This document shows positions 24,279 through 36,090 of a stretch of DNA of 64,000 nt, in pieces. The notes under the pieces are model-generated. The model did no database searches. It was not told where the DNA came from and was given only the letters and a program-made list of their open reading frames with translations. Position numbers and translations under genes: made by a program. This DNA is from Raillietiella orientalis. Taxonomy: Eukaryota. Within the stretch, counting starts at the first letter, position 1; every line of letters starts with the position of its first letter. The stretch covers positions 4,960,001 through 5,024,000 of the forward strand of contig JAYWIR010000001.1 in assembly GCA_036172245.1 (NCBI GenBank), written 5' to 3'.

Positions 24279-27200
24279 AAACAGATCCACTCGCTTTGTT
24301 CTTCCTGAATAACTACTGTTGTTACGTTAGGCACTTTTTGTTGTTGTTTCCGTGAAACCACATTCCATCACAGTTCTTGGAGTTCTGGTGAGCTGTGGTT
24401 GCAGACCTCGGTTTGTTTCCCGCGAACACGAGACGTCCCTTGAAATGGCAATGCTTTTCCTTTTTCTTGCTCCTGGAGCTACGAACAGCCACCACCTTAG
24501 CAGCAGTACGCAACATCCCGAAAGCAGCTTTCGCAGTTCAGGCGCTGTCCGTTTCAGTGGCAAATTCCACCGCGGCCGATGGCACCTGCAACCAGCAGAC
24601 GGAGACTTTCACCTTCCTCACTTTCAGGCCCTCTTACCCGAACTTTCAGGTGTTTTTTGCCTTGGCTCCGGGAGGAAGGTGTCCTCCTGGCTTGGAAAGT
24701 GTCCTCCTTTTTCCGCTGCCATTTACTGCTCTACTGCTGAAAATGAGACTGCTCGCATCTCTTTAGGTGAAGAGCACCACTTCGCAGTCCGAAAGAGACA
24801 GTTGGCCGCCGTTTCGGTTTCTCTTTCGGGAATGAAGCTCCCTGCAGGCATCTGCGATGAAGAGAGTGGGAGCCGCGCCTGTGCTGGTGATGCACCACGA
24901 GCAAAAAGGTGGATGCCACGAGCTGCAAGATCTTGTTGGTGCACCAAGTGGCAGCTTTCACGTCACAGATAGCCTGGAAACATGGAAATTGCTGGGAGCA
25001 AGCTGGAAACAACCCAGGTGTTAAGCATGAATGAAGGCTCAGCGATCTCGAAGTTTTCAAGCTTCAGGGATTCTAAAGGGTGCTAGAAAATAGCTGAAGT
25101 CCCTTGCATCACGTGCACCACACAGATGAAGCAACTATCGAGCCAGGAAATCGCCGATACATTTGCTGAACGCGACGAGAAGAGTCGAGATGTTGGATCT
25201 CTCGTTCGGCTTTGCTTTCCTTCCAAACTCCCAAGCCGTTGGCGTGCCGAACGAAGGCCGGCGACTCCGGTCTTCGGAGGAAGAAAAAAAATCCCCCTCC
25301 CCTTTCCCCCCGCATCCTTTTTTTTCCACTCTCCTCATAGTACAATTCTCTAACCGCGGACAAAAGCTCCACGCAAAAGGCGGAAGTCGAAATTGGACCT
25401 CGTCGGGGAAACGGGAGCAGAAGGAACCACAAGAACTGGCGTTTCGCGAACCCCGGAGCCAGGGAGAGACGAGTGCAGCATCCACTCACGAGAGCGAGTT
25501 CGAGGGATGCGAAAAAAAGAGGAGAGTTGCCATTCGGATCGCCGATAGGAAATTTCGCGAAACGAAAGGGAAAGCGGGAGCGCAGCCGCGGAGGACGCCG
25601 CCGTTCCAGGAGATCGCGGATTTCCCGCACCATTCTCCGCATGCCGTCTGCTTGCAGCGATCAGCCTGATCGCTCGTTCCATGGGGCGACGAGGCGGATG
25701 CAGGAGCCATTCGAGCCATTCCATCAGGGGAAACCCAGCCTGCACCTTCGAGTAAACATGAGCAGCTCGTTACGGGAAGAACTGGGGAAACTGATCCTGT
25801 TTTGGTTCGGTTCCTTATTTAGAAAGATGGCCTAGAATGCGTGAATGAATTGGAACCGGGGAGTAGGAACTCCAGGTCAACGGTCGAGCACCCGAACAAC
25901 TCCGGTCATCCGCGTAATTCAGTGCAGGCAAGCGAGTCGATAGACGAGAGCGAAGACGAACGCGAGACGCGAGACACTGAAGCCACCTGAAGACGCGAGC
26001 ACTGGAACCACCAAATTTTCGGCAAAGACCTCCTCCTCCTTCCTCCTCTTCTTCCTTTTCCTCCTCCTCTTCTTCCTTCCTTTTCCTCCTCGTCCATCCT
26101 CTCCTCCTTTTCCTCCTCCTCGCTCCCTGACCGCCGTGTCGCGTGCGTCGGGGAAGAGCGACACGAGGAGCCGAGGGAACTCTGGGATAGGCTCCGCGAA
26201 GGGAAGGCGGTGGACCCGGGTGCAAGTCAACGGGGTCGTATTTCTCGCAGGTGCGCTCCAAGCTGCGGTGAGGAGGAGGGCGCGATAACTCCAGGCCCGC
26301 GCTTTGTCATCGGCTCGGATCGAATCTTCAGCCACCCCGGGGCCGCATCCGAAATGCTGACAAAGAGTGGGCTTAGGCGCTTCGAAAATGCCAGTTCTCT
26401 CTCCCCCTTGCGTGGACCGACTTCGTGAGGCTTGGACGTCTACGATGATTGATATTCCCCCAACGGGGAAGAGGCGGTGAGACTGCAGACCTCTTCCGTG
26501 GAGTTGAGATCCCTCGAGAGGCAGGGAGGAAAAGGGACCACGGACAAGAGATCCGAGCCTCGGGAAGTCTGCAAGGAAGAGGTCGACCTCGGACCGGCTG
26601 GAGGTAACAGCAGAGAGGGCGGTGTGCCCCCTCGCCCTCGAACCCTGAAGGAAGCTGGGGCGCGCTCAGGGAAAGCAAACAGAAAGATGACTTCCGGCCT
26701 CATTTTCCTTCCGATCGTCTCTTTCGTTTTGTGGGATACGAGTAATCTTATCGTGCGCGGGGTCCCTCTGACAGCAACAAGTCCGAAAATCGCCTTTGGG
26801 AGGAGTCGATGCGCTGCTACTCTCGGAAGAGGAAGGGTGCTTCGATGGTGAGTTCAAATTCAGCCTCCCCGTTCTCTGTTGCTCCCGATCAGGCGTCGCA
26901 ACTTTGTACTCTTCTGAAGCAGCCTCCCTGCAACTCCCGAGAGGCTCTTTTTTCTCCTGGCCACGAAGGATACCCCCTCATTCTTGAAGAGGGAGTCTCG
27001 AAAGGAAGAACAAATGGACAAGGGACGAGAAGGAATGCCATTCAAGACGTGAAAATGGAGAAGACAATGGAGGCAGCAGGAAGTCTCGGGAGCGACTGGT
27101 GATGCCGATTGTCCAGTCGGCGATGGCGTCAGAGACTTCCAGGACGACGGTGACGCTAACGAGAGCGAAAGCGACAACTGTGAGAACGTCAATATCGGTG

Positions 27201-29690
27201 AAAGCGGGGTTGATGTGATGATGCTGGCGCCAAAGGAGGCAGCAAGAAGCCCAAGGTGCGACCAGTGGCTCTGGGAAGGAAAGGCGGCGACGATGGGGAA
27301 TGGTGGTGCGACAAAAAACTGAATTCATCGCTTCCACGTCACCCTTCCGTGGACTCTTCCGTTGCGATGGAGACTTTTTTATTCGAACCGTTCTCCCTTC
27401 GTGTCTTCGCTGCCCCACATGCGTGAGGCCTCGCCCGGGGAATCGATTCTGTTCCGTCTTTTCTTCCCTGTTCCGACGGCTTGAACGCTGCCCGAGGCTT
27501 TTTGGCAGCGCTCCGCGAGGACGCGCGAGGCGTCCTTGCCGTCCACCAGCCCCCGCCCCCTCTGCACCTTGGAAGGCCGGTAGAGGAGGGGGCGCGCTCA
27601 CTGAGGGGTTCGCGAGAGCGGAAAACAGCGGCTCGGGGCGTCGGCTTTCCGCCGCTCTCCAGCATCCCTCCGAGCAGCATTCGCGGAGTGCGCACGCCAG
27701 CTCTCGCACCGGCACAATTAGTTGCGCAAACAGACACAGGCGATTCCCGTCCGCATCCTGGTGCAGGCGGACGCAGGGCGCGCGCTTCCTCCTCGCCAGC
27801 TCTTCCCGGTGAATTAATTTCCCCCTCCCCCTCCCTCCTTTCCGAAGGACGTTTGTTGAAACAAGGAGGTTGGTTTCCCTTGTGCAAACAACGGGGACGG
27901 GGTTCTCGGGGGGGAGGGGACACGTGGGCTCGCCGGGACTCGATGGTGATCTTCGAACCTCCAGAACACGGCGACGTGTTCCGTCGTACATTGGGGAAAC
28001 CGCCAATGAGCGTTGTGCGGTGGAGGGTGGAGGGGGTGGAAGAGAGGGCGGCTTTGTCCAAGTCAAAGCCTCTCCTCCGTGTAACCCTGCCTCCCGCAGC
28101 GGCCGCACGGGTCGGTTGCCCCGAGATCGCAAGACTTCTTTTTCTTTTGCAGGGACCCCTTTCCTCCTGTGCCCTGCTTCCACCTCCGGTCGCCGATCTG
28201 ACCGCAGTGAGGGAAGAGAGAAGGGTGCGGACCCCCCCCCCCCCCCTCTTCCCTACACACACAAACGTACACCAGCCGCCAGCTTTCCTGGCGGGAGACT
28301 ACCCGGGGAGCAGCGATGGGATGCGAAAAACAGACGGGTGTGCGGTGAGCAGCAGCAGCGCGCCGGGCGGGCGACGCGCGAACTGCGCCGGCGATAGCGA
28401 GTCCTTCCCGCGGGAAGAGCGGGGATCGCGGGTTCCCTGTCGGCCTTCTCCGGAAGCGAGGAGAGAGGGAAAAGAGGAAGAGGAAGGAGGAGAAGGAGGC
28501 TTTCCGTTTTCTCCGATCCTCTACTTCCGGGATTTTCATCCCGTCTCTGCCTCCCTCCCTCTTCCCCCGCTCTGCAGCAGCTGCGCGCGCCTCTCTCCAG
28601 GAGTTCTGCCTCCCTCGAGCGGCTCGCGGGAGAGGCGAAAGAGGCAGACCGGGTGGCCCAACAGCAGGTGCTCCGACGGGATGGTGTCCTCGTCGCGATC
28701 TGCCCTAGGCGCCGGCCTCCCTCTCCGACAGCAGCTCCATCCATCAGCAGTTGATCAGCTCTGCCGAAGAGGTGCGTCCGTCGGCCAGCCCTGCCGCTTC
28801 CTGCAGAGGTTCTGGTGGACGAACGATCGCTCGGGGGAATAGGTTTGGGTCCTTGCCGATGAAACAAGGGGAAGGGGAGGGGAGGTAACAGGATGAGTTG
28901 CCTGCGCAGGTCGAAGGGAAGACTCGGCAGCAGCGACGGCGTGGTAGCTAAGAAGGACAGGGAGATAACCCACCAAGCGAAAGGGAGGGAGGGAGGGGAG
29001 CCTTGCATTGGGTGCTCCGCCTAGAGTCGAGGGGCACGCGGCGGCAGAGAGTCCTCAAGACGCTTCCACCTACGTGCCCCTCAGGGGAAGACGAGGACGG
29101 CGCAAAAAAAAAGCGAGCGCGTTCCGTCACAGCTTTTTTTCTTCTCTTTCCTTCCCTTCCCTTCCCTAAGGGTAGGTCGTTCCGGACGACATCGGCGTTG
29201 AAGGATGAATGGACGGGGAGGTTGTTGTTGGGGAGAGCAGGCACGGGAATCGTGAGCGGAACGCGCGTGGAGGTCGAGGAGCCACGGTGGCACCGATGGT
29301 GGAGGACGTCGAAGCGCCGCGACCGTGCATCGACCGCCTCGAGGACTGCGAGGAGGGTTGCAGGGCGACGCCAGAAGCCGGAGGTGGTGGCATAGGCGAC
29401 GCCAACGGGATGAAGGAGACGATGATGGCGCCGAAGACGTGGCGAAAAGGAACGAAGGAGCCATAGGCGGGCCAAAGGTTGCGGTGGAGCCGGAAGGAAA
29501 GACGGGAAGAACACTGTTGTTCTTCGTGATGCTCGCAAAGCCTTCCGTCCGCCCCTGGAAGCGGGTCACCGTATTCTCCGATGACGCTCGCACCCGAAGT
29601 TCGCGTGGTGGTCTTTCCGCAGTGACCACCCGACTACTTCTGCCCCCATAAGGTGGCGCTGGCGGCAGTGGAAGGAAGGTGACTGGGCTG

Positions 29691-29752
29691 TGGCAACAAT
29701 GGAACGCCGGTATCCATCGATTGTGCCTTCCGGCAATTAATCATCGACGGTG
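29691..29752 (+). repeat. ~60-bp dispersed direct repeat (partner at 31157-31215)
   Basis: TGGCAACAATGGAACGCCGGTATCCATCGATTGTGCCTTCCGGCAATTAATCATCGACGG vs TGGCAACAATGGAATGTCGGCATCGATTGTGCTTTTCGGCAATTAAGCGTCGATGG. Confidence 0.8.
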
Positions 29753-31064
29753 CTGAAGGCGTGCCCACGGGATGCGTGCATTTCTCATGCACTGTGGAAG
29801 AGTTTCTCGCCCTGCCGTTCGCCGTGGAGACCTGTTGGGGTCCTACTCTCTCGAACCTCCGGAAAAAAAAATCCCGAAATGAATTTTCGTTCCCCCCCCC
29901 TCCTCCTCCTCTGCAAAATGCCCTGTTGCTTCCCTTTCGCGGCAAGAGAGACTCGTCGGGCGCGGGAACGCGCGTGTGTTTTCCTTTATTCCCACGGGAG
30001 AACAAGAGAGAAGACGCAAATCGCTGTCCGGGACAGGAGGAACCCACGTCTGGGAGCTGCGAAACAGCCTACTTCGCAAGTTTCACGGGGAGGTCGAGGA
30101 ACTTGCGGGAGGAGAGCATGGGAGCGCTTCGTGACGCGGCGTGGGTCCCGTCGCTACAGAGAAGCGCGGCGCCATCTTGAAGAGCGTCGTCGGTTCGACA
30201 GCCGCGCGCGACGCTCGCACGGGCTTCGCCCGACCGGCCTCCAGAGGCCTGCCGTAGGCGAGGATCCCCTGACCGACCCAGCGTGGGGACTGCATCCGGA
30301 TTGCGCCAGCCCGCGCCAGCCGGTAAGAAGTGACTCCGGCGCCGAGCGTGGTGCAACAGCGGCAACATCATTCATCTCATTCATCCAGGGAGTGCCACCG
30401 AGGTTGCCTCCGGGGCGTAGAGATCAAAGCCTGCGTGGAGGGTTTGTTTGTCCTTTGCTCTCTCCCGGTTTCGGGCTCGCGAAGCAGGGAAAGTAAATCC
30501 CCGAACTTTAAGCGAGGTGCCAGGGGGGACTCCGCGTGCGGCGAGGGGCGGGCCCCGTGTTCCCTGCTCGAGAGCGAACTCCCGCAGTGCCCTGGAGCGA
30601 GTCGTCGCTTTCAGAAAAACTTTGGGCGCCACTCAGCCACAAGTGGTGTTCTCCGCCTCGGTACTCCTGTTGCCCTGCGCCCCTGGACGTTGCTCGAGGG
30701 TGGCGGAAGCAGCTTCCCGGAAAAGAGAGGGAGGAACTCGCGGACTCTGTGGGAGCCAGGCTCACTTTTCCTCTGGAGCCCGCGAGCGACCTCGGAACGG
30801 GACCAAGGTCGCGAGTGACTAGTCGAGGGCGGATTGTGAGGGAAGACTTGTTCTCTGACAGGGTAGCGGGCGGCTCTTCCGCGTGGCCGGCAGACCAGCG
30901 GTGGACGAGCTCTCCTCTGGAGATGGAGACGGCAGAGAACCCACCACTATTCAAGCAGACGTCAGTGGCCTATGATGGCGGCTTTCGAACAAACGCTCTC
31001 CGATCAGAAGGCGCTACACTACGGAGGGTCTCATTACCAACCTCTCATTTTAGGGCACTGATGC

Positions 31065-31250
31065 TGTCAATGTCAATTAAACATGGAGGGTAATTAAACG
31101 GCGATAATCGATGCCCAAACTGTGGTAACAATCAAACATTAACGCTGACTGAGTAATGGCAACAATGGAATGTCGGCATCGATTGTGCTTTTCGGCAATT
31201 AAGCGTCGATGGCGATCGAATATTAATGGCTAATAAATGCCGATGATCAC
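31065..31250 (+). repeat. AT-richer degenerate minisatellite-like block (CAATTAA…TCGATG motifs) containing the partner of 29691-29752
   Basis: Recurrent CAATTAA/CAATCAA/TAATTAA and ATCGAT(G) words, plus the direct match to 29691-29752. Confidence 0.55.
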
Positions 31251-34200
31251 CAGAGAGGAGATGTGCATCAGCAATCCAAGACTGGGAATTCCTCGTCAGC
31301 CATCCATAATTGTTTGCGGGCTACTTATGAGAAATGGAGAGACTGATTGTAGGTTGCCATTGGGTGGGGTCCGATGATCCTCTGTTAGATGTGAACTGGC
31401 GGCCACTGAAAGAGCAGAGACAGGTCATTTGCGGTCCCTGGATGCTGCAGCCATCAGTCAGCCGCCAGCGATGCCGATCGCCGGATCGGCAAGCGGCCGT
31501 GAAGGACTCTGCGGTTCCGTGGCAACTCGTTGTGGGTCAGCAACCGGAAGCCATCGGTAGACAGCGGGCCAGATGCCCACCTTCGACAACCAGAGGACGC
31601 TTCCTCGCGGCCTTTCCCTGCCGGCAGCCTCCGAGGAAGTTGCCCGGTAGGCTTGCTGGGCACTCGGGGGCGCCTCAAGGATGGCTGCCGCTGCTCGTGA
31701 GATCCCGGCACGGTCGGGACAGCGTTCCTCGACCCCCTCTCCTTTTTCCCTTCCTCCCCTCCGCGAAACCGCGGGTGCTTTCGCTCGTGAGCCGATGCGC
31801 TGGGGCGTTCCCGCGGCGTCCTCCAGGATCGCATGCATGCGGGAGGGGGCGGGCGGTCTCTCTCGACGGCCTGAGGCCTTCATGGAACCCCCCCCCTCCC
31901 TTCTTCATTCGATTTGGCCCTTCTTTTTCCTCTTTTTTTTCTTCTCCCCTTGATCTTCCCCTCACGGATCCCTCCGAGCGGCCCCAAAGGGAGCAAACGA
32001 ACGGCCCGCTGGCCACCGGGAGCGAAAGTCAAGGGGCGAGGGGAGCGTGGCGGAGCCCACGCAGAGAAAAGAGGGAGGGCAGCGTGGGAGAGCGTCAGGT
32101 GGCTCCCCAGGATGCCCGCAGAAGGCTGACGGCGTGGAGCTCCTTCGCTCCGAAGTCCGCCTCGAGGTCTCTGGCAGGGGACGTCGAGGTCGTCGCTCCG
32201 GGAGCTCACGCGCGCACGCGAAGCTCCCCTACCAGCGACGTTCCCTCAACTTCCCCGGCGCTCTCGCTTTCCTTTGTCTCCCGGGAGGCTCCCGGCGTAT
32301 CCCCACGGAAGTTGGACGCGGGATCGGCGGCCTTTCGGGAGCCGGCGGCTGGCCCTCGGGGAAACGACCCGCCGCCATGCTCGCTGCCGCTCCGTGCGTG
32401 GCTCGGCAGGGGATCAGGGAAGGGGATGAAGCGGAGGGAGGGAGGGGTAGAGACCAGGTAAACGGCGATACGGCGGCGACCGAACCGTGTACGCGCAAGC
32501 GCCGCCGACGGCGGAGGGGGCGACGGCGGCCGTCGGCGTCGCCCCGAAAGAGGAGCTCTTCGCGGGAGCCGATCGGGGGCATCCCCCGCAGCCCCGTGTG
32601 GCACGACCCGAGGTCGCGAACCAGGAGATAGAGCAGCCTCCAGGAGAGCTCGCGGACAACGCAACTCCGGCGTTCCTTCCCTGTGGGCGGCTCTCATCGT
32701 CCTGTGGGATTGTGCCGAGACGAGAGGGGGGGAAAGGAGGATGAAGGGTGCGAGGGGGTTCGCATCCCTCAGGACGTCCCCTATAGGCAGGGTGATGATC
32801 CACTAGAGGCCCACGAGTGAGCGTGTGTGTTGGACGGGTCTTCGGACTAAGTAGCGAAATTCTCACTCGGCGGCGGCGGCTACTCTCGCTTTGGGCGGTC
32901 CCGTTGCACAGCGGCGCCTCTGGCGGCGGATCCGAAAAGCCTGTCCTCCGGGCTGGCTGGCTCTCCCCGCTCCGACAAGCGGGAGGGAGGAGGGGGGAAG
33001 AAACTGAAAAGGATCCTTGACCCTCCCTCGCAGGCTTGCTGCTCCGTCACCCCCACATACGAAACGGGTGGAACAAGGACCTCGAGACGAGTTCCTCGGC
33101 GACGCGGACCAGTGGTCACGTAGGCGTTCCTCACCAACCCTATTGCCCGGCTTCCGCGACACTTGTGCCGATCACAGAGTGCTGCGTCCGAACCCGCCCG
33201 GGGAGGGGCATGGGTCTTCCCTTGCGTGTCCGCTTCTTCCCAATCCCCGGCCCAGCTTCTCCTGGACGTCCGTCCGTCACAAACTTCGCCGGCAGTGCCC
33301 TCTTTCCCGGTCTTCTGGGCGACAAGACTGAGGTCATCTGAGGTCGGCGCTGTACGCTCCACTTCTGGGTCCTTGATGTTCACGGGGAGCGTTCGATGGC
33401 GCACGGCGTCCATCCTGGACTTCCCGTCGCGTCCTTTTCTGGGAAGCGCCGGGAAGAGAGGATGATCACTTCCGGAGAGATAGACAGAACCGTTTCCCAG
33501 ATGGATCCCCGGAACTGTGGGCGACATCGAGTGGGGGTAGAGGAGGGAAAAGCTTGATCCACTTTGTAGGGGACGTCTCTCACTTTCTCCCCTTCCCCCT
33601 TTTTGGAAGACGCGGTTTCCAGAAGCATGAGTTCTCCCCATAGCTTCCTGCTTTCCAGGTTCCGGCGGCTGGGACGTGCTTTCCCCTCCTCTAAGGACAT
33701 CTCGGACACCCTCTCAGTCCTCCCTTCTCCCGGATGGGTGATCCGCGGCGCTGGCAGTGCTCTGGCGCCGCCCCGATCTCTCCAATGCGCCCACGAAGCC
33801 GTCGCTCCTTGAGGAGGGAGTGTGGCAGTGATGCAGCGTCCCGCTGCGTGCGGAAGAACTGGCTGGGAGGCAAACGTGGGCCGACCGACGACCCTCAATA
33901 GGGATGTTGGGGCGCAAAAGGGAACCGAGTGAGCTCCAGCGCGTGCTCACCAGCAGCCCCTGCCATATGAGGCAGTCGCCGGTCTCTCTAGGGGGGGACG
34001 GGGTGAAAAGGGAGCAAACCTGAACGTGGGAAAGGGGTGGAAGTGCAGATGGGGTGAACGCGGGATTGAGATGAACACTAGACCGAAATGAATGGTGGAA
34101 TGGGAAGAGCGGGGGAGGGGAAATAGGGAAGAAAGCATGCATGCACTGGAGGGGGAGTAAAGTCTGTCCTCCGGAAGGGTGTAGGATAGCACAGAGAATG

Positions 34201-34649
34201 GGATGAACAAGCAGACAGGATAGACGGGAGCGGCTGAACGATGGAGTGAGGTGATAAAGGGGATAGAGAGAAATGGTGAACGAGGGATGGCTACCATCAA
34301 CAGGATGAAGTGAGCAGGGGCATAAGGCGAGCAAAGGTATGGGGTGTGCGGGTTGGGATGACACATAAGGGGATGGAAAGGGGAGGAGGACAAACGGGTG
34401 CCTCTCGTCGACCCCGTTTCCTGAGGACTTTCCCGAGATTCCTGATAAGCGAGAGGGGGAACGGGTCGGGAGAGCCGAGAGCGAGAGTCCCGGAAGTAAA
34501 GAAAGCTTCCGCATCACGGAAGGCGGGGAAGAAAGGGAAGAGGGATCTTCGCTGTTTCCGAACGAGGGTTCTCTGGGGCGGGAATTCTGGGAGGCTGTCG
34601 TTCGCTCCCGCAAGGCATTCTCTTGGCGCCCCAGGAAGGAGCAACGAGC

Positions 34650-35600
34650 GCTCCGAAGCCCTGGAGCGAGCGGGAGGGAAACCGGGAAAAGCAAAAGGAA
34701 GGGAGAGCCATCTTGGAGACGTGCGAAGGGGTGCGCCCTGCCGGGTGACCCCGCGGCTGGGATGTGCGCGAGGGAAGTGAAAGCGCGAGAAAGCGGAGGA
34801 CGCAAGAGTCGCCCCGCCCACGCTCCCTCTGGCCTGAATACGGCCGCGATGGTGGCGGCATCCAGGCGGCATCCATCCTCCGGGCGCCTCTGCAGCGCGC
34901 GCGATTCCGAAACCGTGTTTGCTTCCTCCTCCCCCTTCCTCCCCTGCACATATCCTCCTCTATCTTCACTCCCTCCTTCCCGCGAGCTCCCGCTTGTTCC
35001 CCGTCTCCGTGACGAAAGCGAGGCGCGACCCACCCATCGGGCTTGCCGCTCCGCTCGGTTGAGGGTAGGACTGGGGCCTCTGGGATGCGCACCCTACCCC
35101 CAGGCGTTTTCCCCTTTTTTTTTTCTTCTTCACCCGTTGCTTCCTGGAAGATTGGGACGCACAGCTTCCAGAAGACCTCAGACGAGGTAGTGGCGCCTCC
35201 CGGGAGGAGGATGGTTCAGAGATGTTGCAAGACTTTCGCGTCTCATTCCGTGGAAAGGAGTTGCCGCTGCCCCTCCATGGAAGACCGTCCGACGAAAGGG
35301 AGACCTCCCACTCGGGAAACTCTTGGTCTTCCCTCTCCTTCTCGCGTCCCCGTTGCGGTGTGGAGTCCAGACCAATCCTCTCCCCCCCTTCCCCATTCCA
35401 GAACGCCGCGAGACCTGCGCGAGCCTGCAGTACGGAAGATCCCTCACGCGCCACCTTTCTTCCCGGGCGGCCGCAGCGTCCACGCCACCAGCCGGATCTG
35501 GAAGATTGCCGTGGGCCGCGGAGGCCCCGGAATCCCTCAACAAGAGATGGGTACCCTCTCCTTGGCGTGGTGAGCGGAGAACGGGAAGGTCGAGGGGGCG
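34650..35600 (+). repeat. Diverged GC-rich long interspersed repeat family C (partner ~61390-62560)
   Basis: Collinear shared words: GCGGAGGACGCAAG/GCGGAGGGCAACG, CGCGCGATTCC/CGCGCGATCCC, AGACCTCAGACGAGGTAGT/AGACGTCTCATAGACCCGGTAGT, CAAGACTTTCGC/AAAGATTTCGC, ATGGAAGACCGTCCG/ATGGAACACCTTCCG, TGGGTACCCTC/TGGATACCTC. Confidence 0.5.
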
Positions 35601-35894
35601 TACATCGGACATGCAAATGTGGAACCACCACAGGAGCTCAGCGGCCGTAACAGGAGACTCCTCTCATGCTGGAGGCAGGGCAGAGGCTGTCGATCCCTGC
35701 TCCGATGCTGTCTCCACGGCACCCCGCTCGAGCCGCAGGGGGCTCTTTCCACAAATCTTTCCTTCGGGGGCAGCAACGGAAACATCACCACGGCTTCCAA
35801 GGCAGCACCCTTGGTGGCTCGCGCATAAGCGTTTCCGGAACAGTGGACTCTTCCCCTTCCTTCCTCCCCTATTCCTCTCCCTCTTCGATCCGCG

Positions 35895-36090
35895 AGCAAG
35901 GAGATGAGGTAATTTGTGGCATGGGCTGTGCAAAGGGTGTGAGGTGAGCGGAAGCATGCGATGGGTAAGGAGATGGGATCAGCAGAGGCAGGGGTATGCG
36001 AGGAAATGATGTGAGTAGAAGCACAGGATGAAGAAGGACATGGGGCATGCAAGGAGGTGAGGTTAGAGGCATGGGGAGTGCAAGGAGATG
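35895..36090 (+). repeat. Degenerate ~33-bp purine-rich minisatellite (5-6 units)
   Basis: Units approximate GCAAGGAGATGAGGTGAGCAGAGGCATGGGGTAT. A related, more decayed GA-rich tract lies at ~34000-34390. Confidence 0.7.

Noticed and set aside
26978-28842. Long overlapping ORFs (401, 307 and 453 aa), and similar ones at 31334-32461 and 33714-35033
   Set aside because: Low-complexity R/G/P/S-rich translations open on both strands of GC-rich repetitive DNA, with no domain motifs; expected by chance.
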